Assembly (NCBI GenBank): GCA_964291625.2 | Contig: OZ220089.1 | Location: 576,001-640,000, forward strand | Source of the DNA: Candidatus Latescibacterota bacterium | GTDB lineage: Bacteria; Latescibacterota; UBA2968; UBA8231 | Length of the DNA stretch: 64,000 nt | Reading direction: 5' to 3' | Shown here: positions 1-9,682 of the stretch, piece after piece | Numbering within the stretch: position 1 is the stretch's first letter | Layout of the letters: each line of letters starts with the position of its first letter | Translations under genes and position numbers: made by a program | The notes under the pieces: model-generated | Databases searched by the model: none | Told to the model about the DNA's origin: nothing | What the model saw: only the letters and a program-made list of their open reading frames with translations

Positions 1-474
1 GCGGAGCTCTCCGACACCGCCCTCGACTTCGCCTCCGTGGACAGCGCCATGGGCCACGCCGCCGATCTGGCCTACGGGCTCGCCCTGGCCCGGCCGGACC
101 GGCGCGTGCTCTGCCTGAACGGCGACGGCTCGACCCTGATGTGCCTGGGGACATTGGTGACCATCGCCCAGGGAGGGGCCGCCAACTACAGCCTGATCAT
201 CACCGAGAACGGCACCTACGAGGTCACGGGAAACCAGCCCGTGCCGGGTGCCGGCGTCGTCGACTTCGAGGCCATGGCCCGCGCCGCCGGACTGCGCGAG
301 GTGCACACCATCGACGACCCCGACGACTTCGAGCGCAAGCTGCCCCTCCACTTCGAGGTCGATGGTCCGGCGGTCTTCATCTGGCGCCTCGAGCAGGGCG
401 GCGAGCCGGTGCCGCGGCCGGCGCGGCCGATCCGAGACCGCGCCCACGACCTGCGCGCCGCCCTCGCCCGCTAG
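1..474 (+). CDS. TPP-binding C-terminal domain protein (sulfopyruvate/phosphonopyruvate decarboxylase beta-subunit-like), 5' truncated by window edge
   Basis: Frame open from base 1; SAMGHA...GLALARPDRRVLCLNGDGSTLMCLGTL and ENGTYEVTG match the TPP GDG...N motif of small beta subunits. Confidence 0.8.
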   Translation, partial: AELSDTALDFASVDSAMGHAADLAYGLALARPDRRVLCLNGDGSTLMCLGTLVTIAQGGAANYSLIITENGTYEVTGNQPVPGAGVVDFEAMARAAGLREVHTIDDPDDFERKLPLHFEVDGPAVFIWRLEQGGEPVPRPARPIRDRAHDLRAALAR

Positions 475-478
475 CCTC

Positions 479-1720
479 ATGTCCTTCCCCCGGATGGCCC
501 CCTTCCGGCAGCACTTCGCCGCCGAGAGCCTCGACGACGTTCCCGCCGCGGTCTCCGCCGAGCTGGAGGGCAGCGGCCTCTCCGGCCGCATCCACCCCGG
601 GCAGCGCATCGCCGTCACCGGCGGCAGCCGCGGCATCGCCAACATCGCCGAGATCACCCGCACCGTCGTCGCGGCGGTAGCCGCCGCCGGAGGCCGGCCT
701 TTCGTCATGCCCGCCATGGGCAGCCACGGCGGCGCCACCGCCCGGGGCCAGAAGGAGGTCCTGGCCGGCTACGGCCTCCATCCGGCCGCGATGGGGTGCC
801 CGGTGGAGGCCACCATGGAGGTGGCCGAGGTGGGCAGGCTCGACGACGGCACCCCCGTCCTCGTCAACCGGCTGGCGCTGGAGGCCGACGGGGTGATCGT
901 CATCAACCGGGTCAAGCCCCACACCTCCTTCCGCGGCACCCATGAGAGCGGACTCGCCAAGATGCTGGCCATCGGTCTCGGCTGCCACCGGGGCGCCACC
1001 ATGGCCCATGCCCAGGGCGCCGAGGGCCTGGCCCGGCTGGTGCCGGCCCTCGGCGGCGCCCTTCTCGAGCGGCTGAACGTGCTCGCCGGCGTCGCCATCG
1101 TGGAGAACGCCCGCGACGAGACGGCCATGGTCGCCGGCCTGCCACCGGGCGACATCCTCTCCGGCGAAGCCCGCCTCCTCGAGGTGGCCCGCAACAACAT
1201 GCCCCGCCTCCTGGTGCGGCAGATCGACCTCCTGATCGTCGACGAGATGGGCAAGAACATCTCCGGCACCGGGATGGACACCAACGTCATCGGCCGCATG
1301 TTGCTGCCCGGGGTCGCCGAGCCCGACGAACCGGGGGTGTCGCGCATCTTCGTGCGCCGGCTCTCCGAGAATACCCATGGCAACGCAAACGGCGTGGGCC
1401 TGGCCGACGTGATCACCCGGCAGCTCTTCGATGCCATCGACTTCGAGGCGACCTACGCCAACGCCTTCACCTCGACCTTCCTCAACCGGGCCTACGTCCC
1501 CATCGTCAAGAAAGACGACCGCGAGGCGGTCGCCTCCATGCTCGAGGTCCTGCGCCTCGACGACGGCGGCGCCCTGCGCGCGGCCCGCATCCGCAACACG
1601 CTGGAGGTGGCGAACATCCAGCTGAGCGAGGCCCTGGCGCGCGACAGCGGCCACCCCGATCTGGAACGCCTCGGCGACTTCGAGCCCATGCGATTCACCG
1701 ACGACGGAGCCCTGGTCTGA
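479..1720 (+). CDS. LarA-superfamily (lactate racemase domain, DUF2088-type) protein
   Basis: ATG at 479 just after upstream stop; motifs GSRGIANI, PAMGSHGGAT, NRVKPHT, GKNISGTGMDTNVIGR, GNANGVGLAD. Confidence 0.75.
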   Translation: MSFPRMAPFRQHFAAESLDDVPAAVSAELEGSGLSGRIHPGQRIAVTGGSRGIANIAEITRTVVAAVAAAGGRPFVMPAMGSHGGATARGQKEVLAGYGLHPAAMGCPVEATMEVAEVGRLDDGTPVLVNRLALEADGVIVINRVKPHTSFRGTHESGLAKMLAIGLGCHRGATMAHAQGAEGLARLVPALGGALLERLNVLAGVAIVENARDETAMVAGLPPGDILSGEARLLEVARNNMPRLLVRQIDLLIVDEMGKNISGTGMDTNVIGRMLLPGVAEPDEPGVSRIFVRRLSENTHGNANGVGLADVITRQLFDAIDFEATYANAFTSTFLNRAYVPIVKKDDREAVASMLEVLRLDDGGALRAARIRNTLEVANIQLSEALARDSGHPDLERLGDFEPMRFTDDGALV

Positions 1721-2490
1721 CCGCCCCGGAAGACCCCTTCGACCTCTCCGGCCGGGTGGCGCTGGTCACCGGCTGCCGGCGCGGGATCGGCAGGGCGATG
1801 ACCGCCGCCCTGGCTCGGGCTGGCGCCGACGTGATCGGCGTCTCGGCGTCCCTGGAGGAAGACGGCAGCGCCGTGGAGCGGGAAGTGGCGGCCCTGGGCA
1901 GATCCTTCGCCCCCTACCGGTGCGACTTCTCCGACCGCGGGGCTCTGCGGGCCTTCATCGACCGCGTGCGGTCCGACCATCCGCGCATCGACATCCTCGT
2001 CAACAACGCCGGCACGATCCTGCGGAAAGCGGCGGCCGAGCACCCCGACGAGTACTGGGACCGCACCCTGGAGATCAATCTGAGCGCCCAGTTCGTCCTC
2101 ACCCGCGAGATCGGCGGCCGGATGGCCGACCGGGGGTGCGGAAAGGTGATCTTCATCGCCTCGGTCCTGAGCTTTCAGGGAGGTATCACCGTCCCCGGTT
2201 ACAGCGCCAGCAAGGGCGGGATCCACACCCTGACCATGGCCTTCGCCAACGAATGGGCCTCCCGGGGCGTAAACGTAAACGCCATCGCGCCGGGCTACGT
2301 GACCACCGACAACACCGAGGCGTTGCGTCAGGACCCCGGTCGAAACGCCTCCATCCTCGCCCGCATCCCCGCGGGGCGCTGGGGCGAGGCGGAGGACTTC
2401 GGCGGCCCCGTGGTCTTCCTCGCCTCGGAGGCCTCGCGCTACGTCCACGGCGCGACCCTGCTCGTGGACGGAGGCTGGATGGGGCGCTGA
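1717..2490 (+). CDS. kduD: 2-dehydro-3-deoxy-D-gluconate 5-dehydrogenase (SDR)
   Basis: FDLSGRVALVTGCRRGIG, NNAG, ASVLSFQGGITVPGYSASKGG, ANEWAS, VDGGWMGR; start either CTG 1717 (overlapping upstream TGA) or GTG 1756. Confidence 0.85.
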   Translation: MTAPEDPFDLSGRVALVTGCRRGIGRAMTAALARAGADVIGVSASLEEDGSAVEREVAALGRSFAPYRCDFSDRGALRAFIDRVRSDHPRIDILVNNAGTILRKAAAEHPDEYWDRTLEINLSAQFVLTREIGGRMADRGCGKVIFIASVLSFQGGITVPGYSASKGGIHTLTMAFANEWASRGVNVNAIAPGYVTTDNTEALRQDPGRNASILARIPAGRWGEAEDFGGPVVFLASEASRYVHGATLLVDGGWMGR

Positions 2491-2518
2491 GAACGGCCGT
2501 TGGCGGGAGATTTTGCCC

Positions 2519-2547
2519 TTGACAAGCCGAGAGTCTTTTCCCATTTA
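2519..2547 (+). promoter_or_regulatory. Candidate sigma70 promoter for the 2750 gene
   Basis: Perfect TTGACA at 2519-2524, weak -10 (CATTTA) at 17 bp. Confidence 0.4.
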
Positions 2548-2749
2548 TACCCCCTCTCACCAGCGGTTCTCTTTCTGCCTACCGTCCATTTGACCTGCCC
2601 ATGTAGGCAGTATTGTCGGAATCGCAATACTGTAAGGAACAGCAATGGTCTATCGGACCGAGAAAGGAGGAGAGGAGCCGATCTTCAAGAGACTGCACAG
2701 TCATCGTTTCCATCCAACCAAATTCCTCTTTGACAAGGAGCCCTTCGCA

Positions 2750-3658
2750 ATGAGGAACTGCCTTTCAGTGCTTGTCGCTCTCGGCCTCGTCTTCGGCCTG
2801 GTCGGGAGCGCCGACGCCCACATCGGGGAGAGGATCTTTCCCCTCTTCGAGCTCGGCGACGACGACATAGCCGACCTCGACTTCACGGACGACACGGTCG
2901 AGGACTGGGAGGACGTGGCCGGCGACGCGACGTACCTGCCCGTCGACTTCTTCGCGGATCCGACCGTGGGCGACGGCGCCCAGTACGATCCAGCCGACCT
3001 CGACTACCGCATCTGGTCCGCCTGGAACAGCTCCACTGGTACGATCTGGTTCGCCATGGAGCGCATCGACAACGTCTACTTCGGCAGGGAGTACGACGGC
3101 AGCAGCCCGTGGAACTACGAGGCCATCGAGGTCATGCTCGACGGCGACCACACGGGCGGCGACTACACCGGTTCGGCCAACCCGGACTGGAACGATGAGG
3201 AGAAGAAGCTCAACAACAACCGTCACGCGCAGCAGTACATCGGCGTGGCCGACGACCCCTCCGGCCGTCACGTCTTCTATCTCGGCGCCGGCGCTGAGTG
3301 GGTCAACGACCTGCCCTACGCCGACGGCGGAGGCTCCTCCGTGGGCGACGGGCCGACGGTCAGTACCATCGAGCTCTTCGTCACCCCCTTCGACGACCTG
3401 ATCTGGAACAGCCCCGATGACAGCCAGGCTTCCGACCTGTTCGACGGCAAGCTCATCGGCTACCAGATCTCGCTGCCCGACACCGACAAGGACGTTGGCC
3501 AGGATCGGGCGTTCCACACCCTGTCCGGTCAGGCTGCGACCTGGCGTTTTGCCGAGCGCTTTGTCGACGCCCGTCTGATCGGTCTGGACGACACTGGAGG
3601 CCCGCCCTCCGCCGTCGAAGAGAACTCCTGGGGCCGCATCAAGGCCGGGATGAAGTAG
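2750..3658 (+). CDS. Secreted acidic protein, CBM9/DOMON-like sugar-binding fold candidate, with C-terminal AVEENSWGRIK tail
   Basis: AAGGAG SD before ATG 2750; signal peptide MRNCLSVLVALGLVFGLVGSADA; motifs DxxVEDW, YRIWSAWN, EAIEVMLDGDH, GYQISLPDTD resemble CBM9-like domains (by eye). Confidence 0.6.
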   Translation: MRNCLSVLVALGLVFGLVGSADAHIGERIFPLFELGDDDIADLDFTDDTVEDWEDVAGDATYLPVDFFADPTVGDGAQYDPADLDYRIWSAWNSSTGTIWFAMERIDNVYFGREYDGSSPWNYEAIEVMLDGDHTGGDYTGSANPDWNDEEKKLNNNRHAQQYIGVADDPSGRHVFYLGAGAEWVNDLPYADGGGSSVGDGPTVSTIELFVTPFDDLIWNSPDDSQASDLFDGKLIGYQISLPDTDKDVGQDRAFHTLSGQAATWRFAERFVDARLIGLDDTGGPPSAVEENSWGRIKAGMK

Positions 3659-3691
3659 GGTAACCGGTTTCTACTTGTTGATTCCCATGTG

Positions 3692-3730
3692 AAGAGAGGG
3701 AGGAGCCCATTCCTCCCTCTCTTTGCACTT
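3692..3730 (+). terminator. Rho-independent terminator
   Basis: 13-bp perfect stem AAGAGAGGGAGGA-gcccat-TCCTCCCTCTCTT followed by a short T-rich tail, 33 nt after stop 3658. Confidence 0.7.
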
Positions 3731-3875
3731 GAGACGCGTTTCGGCACAAACGATTCGAGTGGTGAACGCGACCTCTGCAACTGCCGCGCAGTCCCGGACC
3801 CAGCCTCCCAGTCTTCGGGGCCGTTTTCCGGGCTGCAGTCTATGCTTGTCTACTACAACGGGAGGGAGCAGGGGA

Positions 3876-6368
3876 ATGAGAATCGGGATCTTCGCCGCGC
3901 TGGTCTTCTCGGTATGGGCGGTCGAGTCCGGCGCCGAGTTGCGCCTGTTCTCCATTCCCGGGGATGGCGACACCTGGGCCGGCATCCGGCAGGGGTCGGT
4001 CTCCGAGAACACGTACATCGAGCTCGTCGATCTCGAAGGCTACGAGGACGGCATCGGCCCCATCTTCCCGGCAAGATGGATCCCCGTTCCCGAAATACCC
4101 CTCGACCTGACCGCCGAAGAGGCGGACGCGTCCCTCGACTCCCTGCTCCTCGCTTTCTCCTACCACGTGACCCGCACCGACGTGGTGGCACCGGAGGACG
4201 TGGAGTTGGAGGACGGCACCGTCCTCGCCGCCGGGTCCATCCTGATCCCCCGATGGAGCCCCTTCCCCCGCAGCCTGGAAGGGGTGCAGTTGCTGCGCCG
4301 GGCCGGCGTCACCGAGATCCATGCCATGATCAACGTGGCCGAGTCCTTCCCCCGCCCCCCGGGCGCCGACAAGTACAACAAGAGTCTGAACCTCACCTAC
4401 CTCGCGATCTGGGAGAGAGCCCTCACCGGCATCCGCCGCCAGGAGGGCCTGGCCCGCGTCTTCGACGGCGACCCCACCAGCCACTTCGCCCGCATCGACC
4501 GGGTAGGACAGGACGTGACCCAGAAGTGGGGGCTCTACGTCGACCTGGGGCATTACTTCCCCGTCCGTCTCTTCCGCCTCTATCCCAGCCTCGAGGAGCC
4601 GGTGCGCGTCTCCGCCTACACCTTCTATCGCGGTCTGCCCGACACCGAGACGGAGATCGCCGGCCTCAGCCTGGAAGATCCGAATACAGGGCCCCTGGGT
4701 TACCCCTTGTTCAGCAAGATCGGGGATACCTTTCCCACCTGGCTCCCCGAGGCCAGCGTGCCGGTCAACCGGCAGGACACGATCGCCGTGGTCTTCGACC
4801 CGCCCGTGCAGATGCGCTATTCGAGGATGGACTTCGAGACTCCGCTGGACTACGACCTCGCCGAGATGGAGTACTACGCCGACGGTTTCGTGCGCAGCGC
4901 GGTGTACACCTCCAACGCCCTGCCTCTGCCCCCGGCAACCCTGGGCCGGATCTTCTGGGACGAGGAGAAGATCGGCGATCCCACCCGGTCGAGGATGATC
5001 GTCCGCGTGCGCACCGGCTTCACCACCGAGCCCGACGTGCTGTTCCAGATCAACTATCTCGACCGCGAGGTGGAGTGGCGCCGGGGCGAGGGAAACGCGA
5101 ACATCGTCGACAGGCGGCCCGGTTCCACCACCTGGGGCGAACTGGTGGACCTGGAGTCCAAGGACTTCAACATCGAGGCACGCGACATCTGGAGCGCCGC
5201 CCTGCCCGAGGACCGCGCCTCCATCCGCCTGAGCCGCGAGGACTACATCGGGCTTCCGGTGAGCGTGCGCGGCCGCATCGAGCCCGATCTCGAGTTCTGG
5301 AGCAGCACCCAGGTGGCCACCAACGGCGACCTGGTCCCGGCCCCGAGCGGGCGGCCCTATGTGCAGGTGGAGGTGGCCTTCACCAGCCAGTCACCGGAGT
5401 CGGCCACCATCCTGCGCAACCTCCGCATCGAGTACTCGTCCCCGCAGAGCACCGACGAGCTCTTCGGCGAGATCGCCCCGGCGGCTGAGGTCATCGCCGG
5501 CCGCGACACCTCCTTCGTGCTGGCCCTCCAGGCTTCCCTCGGCGCCGGCAACAGCGGCTTCAACCGGCTGCAGGTCTCTACCCCGGTGCGCACCGGGGGC
5601 ATCGAGGAACTGGAGATGGACCTAGGCGACGGCCAGGTGCTGCGGTTGGAGAACGAGGGCGAGGCGGAGGGAGAGATCCCCGCTGGGCGGTTCCGGGAGC
5701 TGCACGTGGCCGACGATCGGTTCGTCCTCGGCTTCCCCCGCCTCGAGCCGGCAGGCGACGGGGAGGCGCTCGAGGTGCTTCTGAAGGCCCGATTCCGCTG
5801 CCGGGTCATCGACTTCCGCACCCCCTTCACCGCCAGCGTCTTCCTCGATACACTGGGCCTGGAGGTGGAGCGCGACTACAGCTCCAGGGGGATCCTCGCC
5901 CTCGCCGGCGGTGAGAGCGCCCTCGACACCCTGGCCTTCTTCCTGCCTCAGCAGGCGACCAGCCGCGACATCGTCGACTTCGCGGCGACGGACAACCTCT
6001 CCGACCGCAACTCGCTGATAGTCACCGCCGATATCTCCGCCCAGAGCAGCCAACTGGTGAGCAACATCCGCATCGGGCCCAATCCCTTCACCCCCAACGG
6101 CGACGGCATCAACGACGAGATGACCGTCTCACTCGACGTGCAGCGACTGGTGACGCCGAAGCCCGTCCGTCTGGAGATCTTCGATCTCGGCGGCCGGCGC
6201 CTGCATCTCATCGAGCGCGAGTTGGCCTCGGGCGGCTATTCCCAGCAGTGGGACGGCCGCGACGCCAACGGGCAGTTGGTCCCACCCGGCATCTACATAC
6301 TCAGCATCTCCACCGATGCCGATGACGCCGGCGATGCCAGGACGCGCACCGTCTCCGTAGCCTACTGA
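3876..6368 (+). CDS. Secreted protein with C-terminal FTPNGDGIND/FlgD Ig-like domain (paralog 1)
   Basis: Purine-rich SD before ATG 3876; signal peptide; C-terminal NPFTPNGDGINDE...IFDLGGR...WDGRDANGQLVPPGIY...VSVAY. Confidence 0.75.
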   Translation: MRIGIFAALVFSVWAVESGAELRLFSIPGDGDTWAGIRQGSVSENTYIELVDLEGYEDGIGPIFPARWIPVPEIPLDLTAEEADASLDSLLLAFSYHVTRTDVVAPEDVELEDGTVLAAGSILIPRWSPFPRSLEGVQLLRRAGVTEIHAMINVAESFPRPPGADKYNKSLNLTYLAIWERALTGIRRQEGLARVFDGDPTSHFARIDRVGQDVTQKWGLYVDLGHYFPVRLFRLYPSLEEPVRVSAYTFYRGLPDTETEIAGLSLEDPNTGPLGYPLFSKIGDTFPTWLPEASVPVNRQDTIAVVFDPPVQMRYSRMDFETPLDYDLAEMEYYADGFVRSAVYTSNALPLPPATLGRIFWDEEKIGDPTRSRMIVRVRTGFTTEPDVLFQINYLDREVEWRRGEGNANIVDRRPGSTTWGELVDLESKDFNIEARDIWSAALPEDRASIRLSREDYIGLPVSVRGRIEPDLEFWSSTQVATNGDLVPAPSGRPYVQVEVAFTSQSPESATILRNLRIEYSSPQSTDELFGEIAPAAEVIAGRDTSFVLALQASLGAGNSGFNRLQVSTPVRTGGIEELEMDLGDGQVLRLENEGEAEGEIPAGRFRELHVADDRFVLGFPRLEPAGDGEALEVLLKARFRCRVIDFRTPFTASVFLDTLGLEVERDYSSRGILALAGGESALDTLAFFLPQQATSRDIVDFAATDNLSDRNSLIVTADISAQSSQLVSNIRIGPNPFTPNGDGINDEMTVSLDVQRLVTPKPVRLEIFDLGGRRLHLIERELASGGYSQQWDGRDANGQLVPPGIYILSISTDADDAGDARTRTVSVAY

Positions 6369-6410
6369 GGCCCCCCGAGAGTCCGAGAGTACGGAAAGAG
6401 AGGAATCGCC

Positions 6411-9400
6411 ATGAAACGGCATCTGACGTTGGGGGCGTACATCGCCCTGGTTTCCCTGCCGGAGGGTCTCCTGGCCCAGGCCGATCCCGCCTACCGACTG
6501 CAGGGCAACTCGATCCGGGTGGACCGGGTCTCCCACTGGAACAACTGGATCTACCAGAACGACCTGGTCACCAGTCTCAACGCGCCCGTCGGGGGTGTGA
6601 ACATCCTCGAGGTCGGTGCAGGCGGCCTGCGGCCCGTGTTCTTCCGCCGCAACGTCAACGTCGCTCCCACGGCCACGCACTTCACCTACAAGGACCAGGT
6701 CCGCGCCCAAGGGGCGTTGACCCAGGGGGGGACCTCCGCCAAGTCCAACGAAGGCCTGGCCGACAACGTCATCGACGGCGACCTGACCACGTTCTGGGAG
6801 CCGGACACGCCCGCCGACTACCCCAGCCGCCTGGACGCTCCCGGCCACTTCCATCTCGACGGCCTGCGCGAGTGGGAGGTGGAGATCGACCTCGGCCGGC
6901 TGGTCTTCGCCGACAGCCTGACCTTCATCTTCCCCTCGGACCAGTTCGAGGGCGAGTTCCTCGGCCAGCCGGTCAAGGCCTTCGCGGTCTTCGCCTCCAT
7001 GGGCGAACGCTTCCCCTTTCCCCTGGGCAACAATCTGCGCTTCACCCTCGTGGCCCAGGCGTCGACAGGCGTTGTCGGGGCGGACGGCGTGGAGCTGGTG
7101 CCCGTGCCCGGCACGGAGGGGAGGTACGCGCAGATGACCTTCGGCCTGGTGCCCCTGGACCGGGCCGACTGGGATCTCGACGGCATCCCCGACATCAGCG
7201 GGACCTTCCTCCAGTATATCCGCTTCAAGGCCACGGCTTCCGATCTCTGGCGCGATGCCTTCCTCGGGTCGGGCGAGGAGGCCCGTCTCGCCTATGAGGC
7301 CCTGCCCGCCGAGCGGCGCGGCGCCGTCATCTATCAGCGCCTGACGGCCGGCGGCCTGCTCGTGGACCTCCGGGACGACGGCAACCAGACAGCCCGGGAG
7401 AAGCACCAGACCCTGCCCGAGGCCAAGCGCGGGCCGATCCTGTACTACGTCAAGGAGGTCCCCCGCCTCGCCGAAGTCCAGGTCTGGACCCGGGGCGACA
7501 ACTACGCCTACCAGCCGGAGAGCCGCGCCGGCGACTCCTTCGAGCACGGCGGCCTGGGCGCGCCCGAGCTGGCCACCGACGGCAACTACGACACGGAGTG
7601 GCAGGCCAATACCTGGTCGCCCGTCTACGTCAAGGGCACCGCCTGGTACGACCTGGGCGCCGTGTTCTGGGTGGACAACCTCTCCGTGGTCAACAAGCGC
7701 ATCAACCAGAGCAACCACGGCGCCTTCATCGGCCCCGGCATTCTGGTCTCCGACGGCACCCTGCTCAAACCGGTTGCCATGGAGGACCGCGGCGACTTCA
7801 CCCAGCTCGAGGACGGGCTCCAGTGGCACAACATCATCGGCGAGGAGAAGCTCACCAACCGCACGTCCAAGGTCCGCATCTTCCAGGAGGATTTTCCCCT
7901 GCGCAAGATCCGCTTCCTGCAGATCCGCGATCTCGACATAACCGGCTCCAGTTCCGGCCGGTACGGCGCGCTGGCGACCCTGGCCGAGTTCCAGCTCTTC
8001 GGCGAGGGCTACCCGGTCAGCGTCTGGGCCTACTCGCCCCCCATCGCCCTGACCGACTCGCGGGGCGAGTTCGTCCGCAAGACCCTGCCCCGCATCAGTT
8101 GGGAAGGCGACATCATCGTCCGCGAGACCGACCCCCTCACCGGCGAGGCGGTCGAGCGCTTCGAGCCGCTGCACAGCGATCCGGATGTCCGCCTCCAGGT
8201 GCAGACCCGCACCTCCGACCAGACCGACAGCCTCTTCACCTACTTCGAGGTCGTCTCCGTCGCCGGCAGCGAGGAGCGCACGGAGGTCACCAAGGATCGC
8301 CACGACCAGATCGCCCTGCAGTGGGCGGCCTGGGAGTACTGGCAGACCCTGCCCAGCGACCAGCGGCACGCCTCGCGCCACGACGACGACGGCGACGGCC
8401 TGGAGGACGAGGACGAGATCGACTTCAAGGACAACGACGGCGACGGCCTGGTCGACGAGGACGGCAAGAAGCTGCGCCGGGCGCCGCGGTCGACCTTCGC
8501 CAGGGACGGAGAGTTGGCCTTCGTCGGCTGGAGCCCCTGGAGCGAGAGCTACCTGCCCACCAACGGCCTCAGCCAGGCGACGGTCACCTCTCCCAACCCG
8601 CGCAAGTTCATCCAGGTCCGCGTCAACATCCTGTCGGAGGATCCCTTCAAGACGGCCCGCATCCGCAGCCTGCGCATCGACCTGGCGCCTCCCGTCGCCC
8701 TGGAGCTGGTGGGGGAGCTGGCCCTGCTCAGCGACGACGGTGCCGGGCGGGCGCTGACCGATCTGGATGTTCTGCCCACCGACTACACCCCCCCCACCGG
8801 CATCGATCCCCTCAAGGCCCAGCGGTTCTCCTACTTCATCCGTTCCGCCGGGCCCGATCCGACCGTGCGCGGCGGCTTCGACGAGGTGCTGATCACCACG
8901 CCCCGCGCCTCCCGCCTCACCGGGGTCCGTCTCGGCCGAGTGGAGGTCGCCCGCAGGTCCTCCGCCCTCGACCCGGAGCAGGAGGAGACCGCCGCGGTGG
9001 CCACCCGCTTCGACCACGTCTTCGCCCCCGGCGGCGACGGGGTCTTCCGCAACGAGGCCGGTCAGATCCTGGAGCAGGTGGCGGCCGGTGCCGACTCCGT
9101 CTGGGTCCGTTTTCCCTTCTCCGTCAACACCGGCCTGCCGGGGGGGGAGCACGCCCTCATCGAGGTGCAGTTCGAGTCGCAGAGCTTCCGGGAAGGCATC
9201 GAGTACACCTCCTTCGTGCGCTCCTCCGACTCGGAGGAGGTGGTCTTCCAGCGGGTGGACATCGACTCCCGGGACGCCACCGAGCTGGTGGCCTCCTCCA
9301 CGACGAGGGTGGGCCTGGCGGAGCTCGTGGGACCGCTGATTCAGGACGTGGCGCTGGCCCGGGTCTTCACACCCAACGGAGACGGCGTCAACGACGAGTT

Positions 9401-9656
9401 GCCTGTGAGCTTCGCCCTCCTGAAGGTGCTGCAGGAGCGGCCCCTGGAAGTGGAGTTCTTCGACCTGGGGGGCCGCCTCGTCGGCCGGGGAAGGAATACG
9501 GCGGGAGCCCCCAAGGCCGGGTACAACACCTTCACCTGGGATGGCCGTGACCCGGGCGGCCGGCTGGTGGCGCCGGGGATCTACCTGTGCCGGATCAAGG
9601 TCGAGGCCGACGTCGAGGACAGCCAGTTCATGCGGCTCGTCCACGTGGCTTATTGA
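6411..9656 (+). CDS. Large secreted protein with discoidin-like segments, acidic Ca-binding repeats and C-terminal FTPNGDGVND/FlgD Ig-like domain (paralog 2)
   Basis: GAGG SD; signal peptide; NVIDGDLTTFW, IDLGRL, ATDGNYDTEW, YDLGAVFWVD (F5/8-like); DDDGDGLEDED/DNDGDGLVDED; ends VHVAY. Confidence 0.75.
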   Translation: MKRHLTLGAYIALVSLPEGLLAQADPAYRLQGNSIRVDRVSHWNNWIYQNDLVTSLNAPVGGVNILEVGAGGLRPVFFRRNVNVAPTATHFTYKDQVRAQGALTQGGTSAKSNEGLADNVIDGDLTTFWEPDTPADYPSRLDAPGHFHLDGLREWEVEIDLGRLVFADSLTFIFPSDQFEGEFLGQPVKAFAVFASMGERFPFPLGNNLRFTLVAQASTGVVGADGVELVPVPGTEGRYAQMTFGLVPLDRADWDLDGIPDISGTFLQYIRFKATASDLWRDAFLGSGEEARLAYEALPAERRGAVIYQRLTAGGLLVDLRDDGNQTAREKHQTLPEAKRGPILYYVKEVPRLAEVQVWTRGDNYAYQPESRAGDSFEHGGLGAPELATDGNYDTEWQANTWSPVYVKGTAWYDLGAVFWVDNLSVVNKRINQSNHGAFIGPGILVSDGTLLKPVAMEDRGDFTQLEDGLQWHNIIGEEKLTNRTSKVRIFQEDFPLRKIRFLQIRDLDITGSSSGRYGALATLAEFQLFGEGYPVSVWAYSPPIALTDSRGEFVRKTLPRISWEGDIIVRETDPLTGEAVERFEPLHSDPDVRLQVQTRTSDQTDSLFTYFEVVSVAGSEERTEVTKDRHDQIALQWAAWEYWQTLPSDQRHASRHDDDGDGLEDEDEIDFKDNDGDGLVDEDGKKLRRAPRSTFARDGELAFVGWSPWSESYLPTNGLSQATVTSPNPRKFIQVRVNILSEDPFKTARIRSLRIDLAPPVALELVGELALLSDDGAGRALTDLDVLPTDYTPPTGIDPLKAQRFSYFIRSAGPDPTVRGGFDEVLITTPRASRLTGVRLGRVEVARRSSALDPEQEETAAVATRFDHVFAPGGDGVFRNEAGQILEQVAAGADSVWVRFPFSVNTGLPGGEHALIEVQFESQSFREGIEYTSFVRSSDSEEVVFQRVDIDSRDATELVASSTTRVGLAELVGPLIQDVALARVFTPNGDGVNDELPVSFALLKVLQERPLEVEFFDLGGRLVGRGRNTAGAPKAGYNTFTWDGRDPGGRLVAPGIYLCRIKVEADVEDSQFMRLVHVAY
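8382..8462 (+). repeat. Two acidic DxDGDGLxDED repeats within CDS
   Basis: Translation DDDGDGLEDEDEIDFKDNDGDGLVDED. Confidence 0.7.
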
Positions 9657-9682
9657 GACAGAGCAAACAAAGGGAGGAATCT

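Noticed and set aside
2501-2516. TGGCGGGAGATTTTGC as a sigma54 promoter
   Set aside because: GG to GC spacing is 11, not 10
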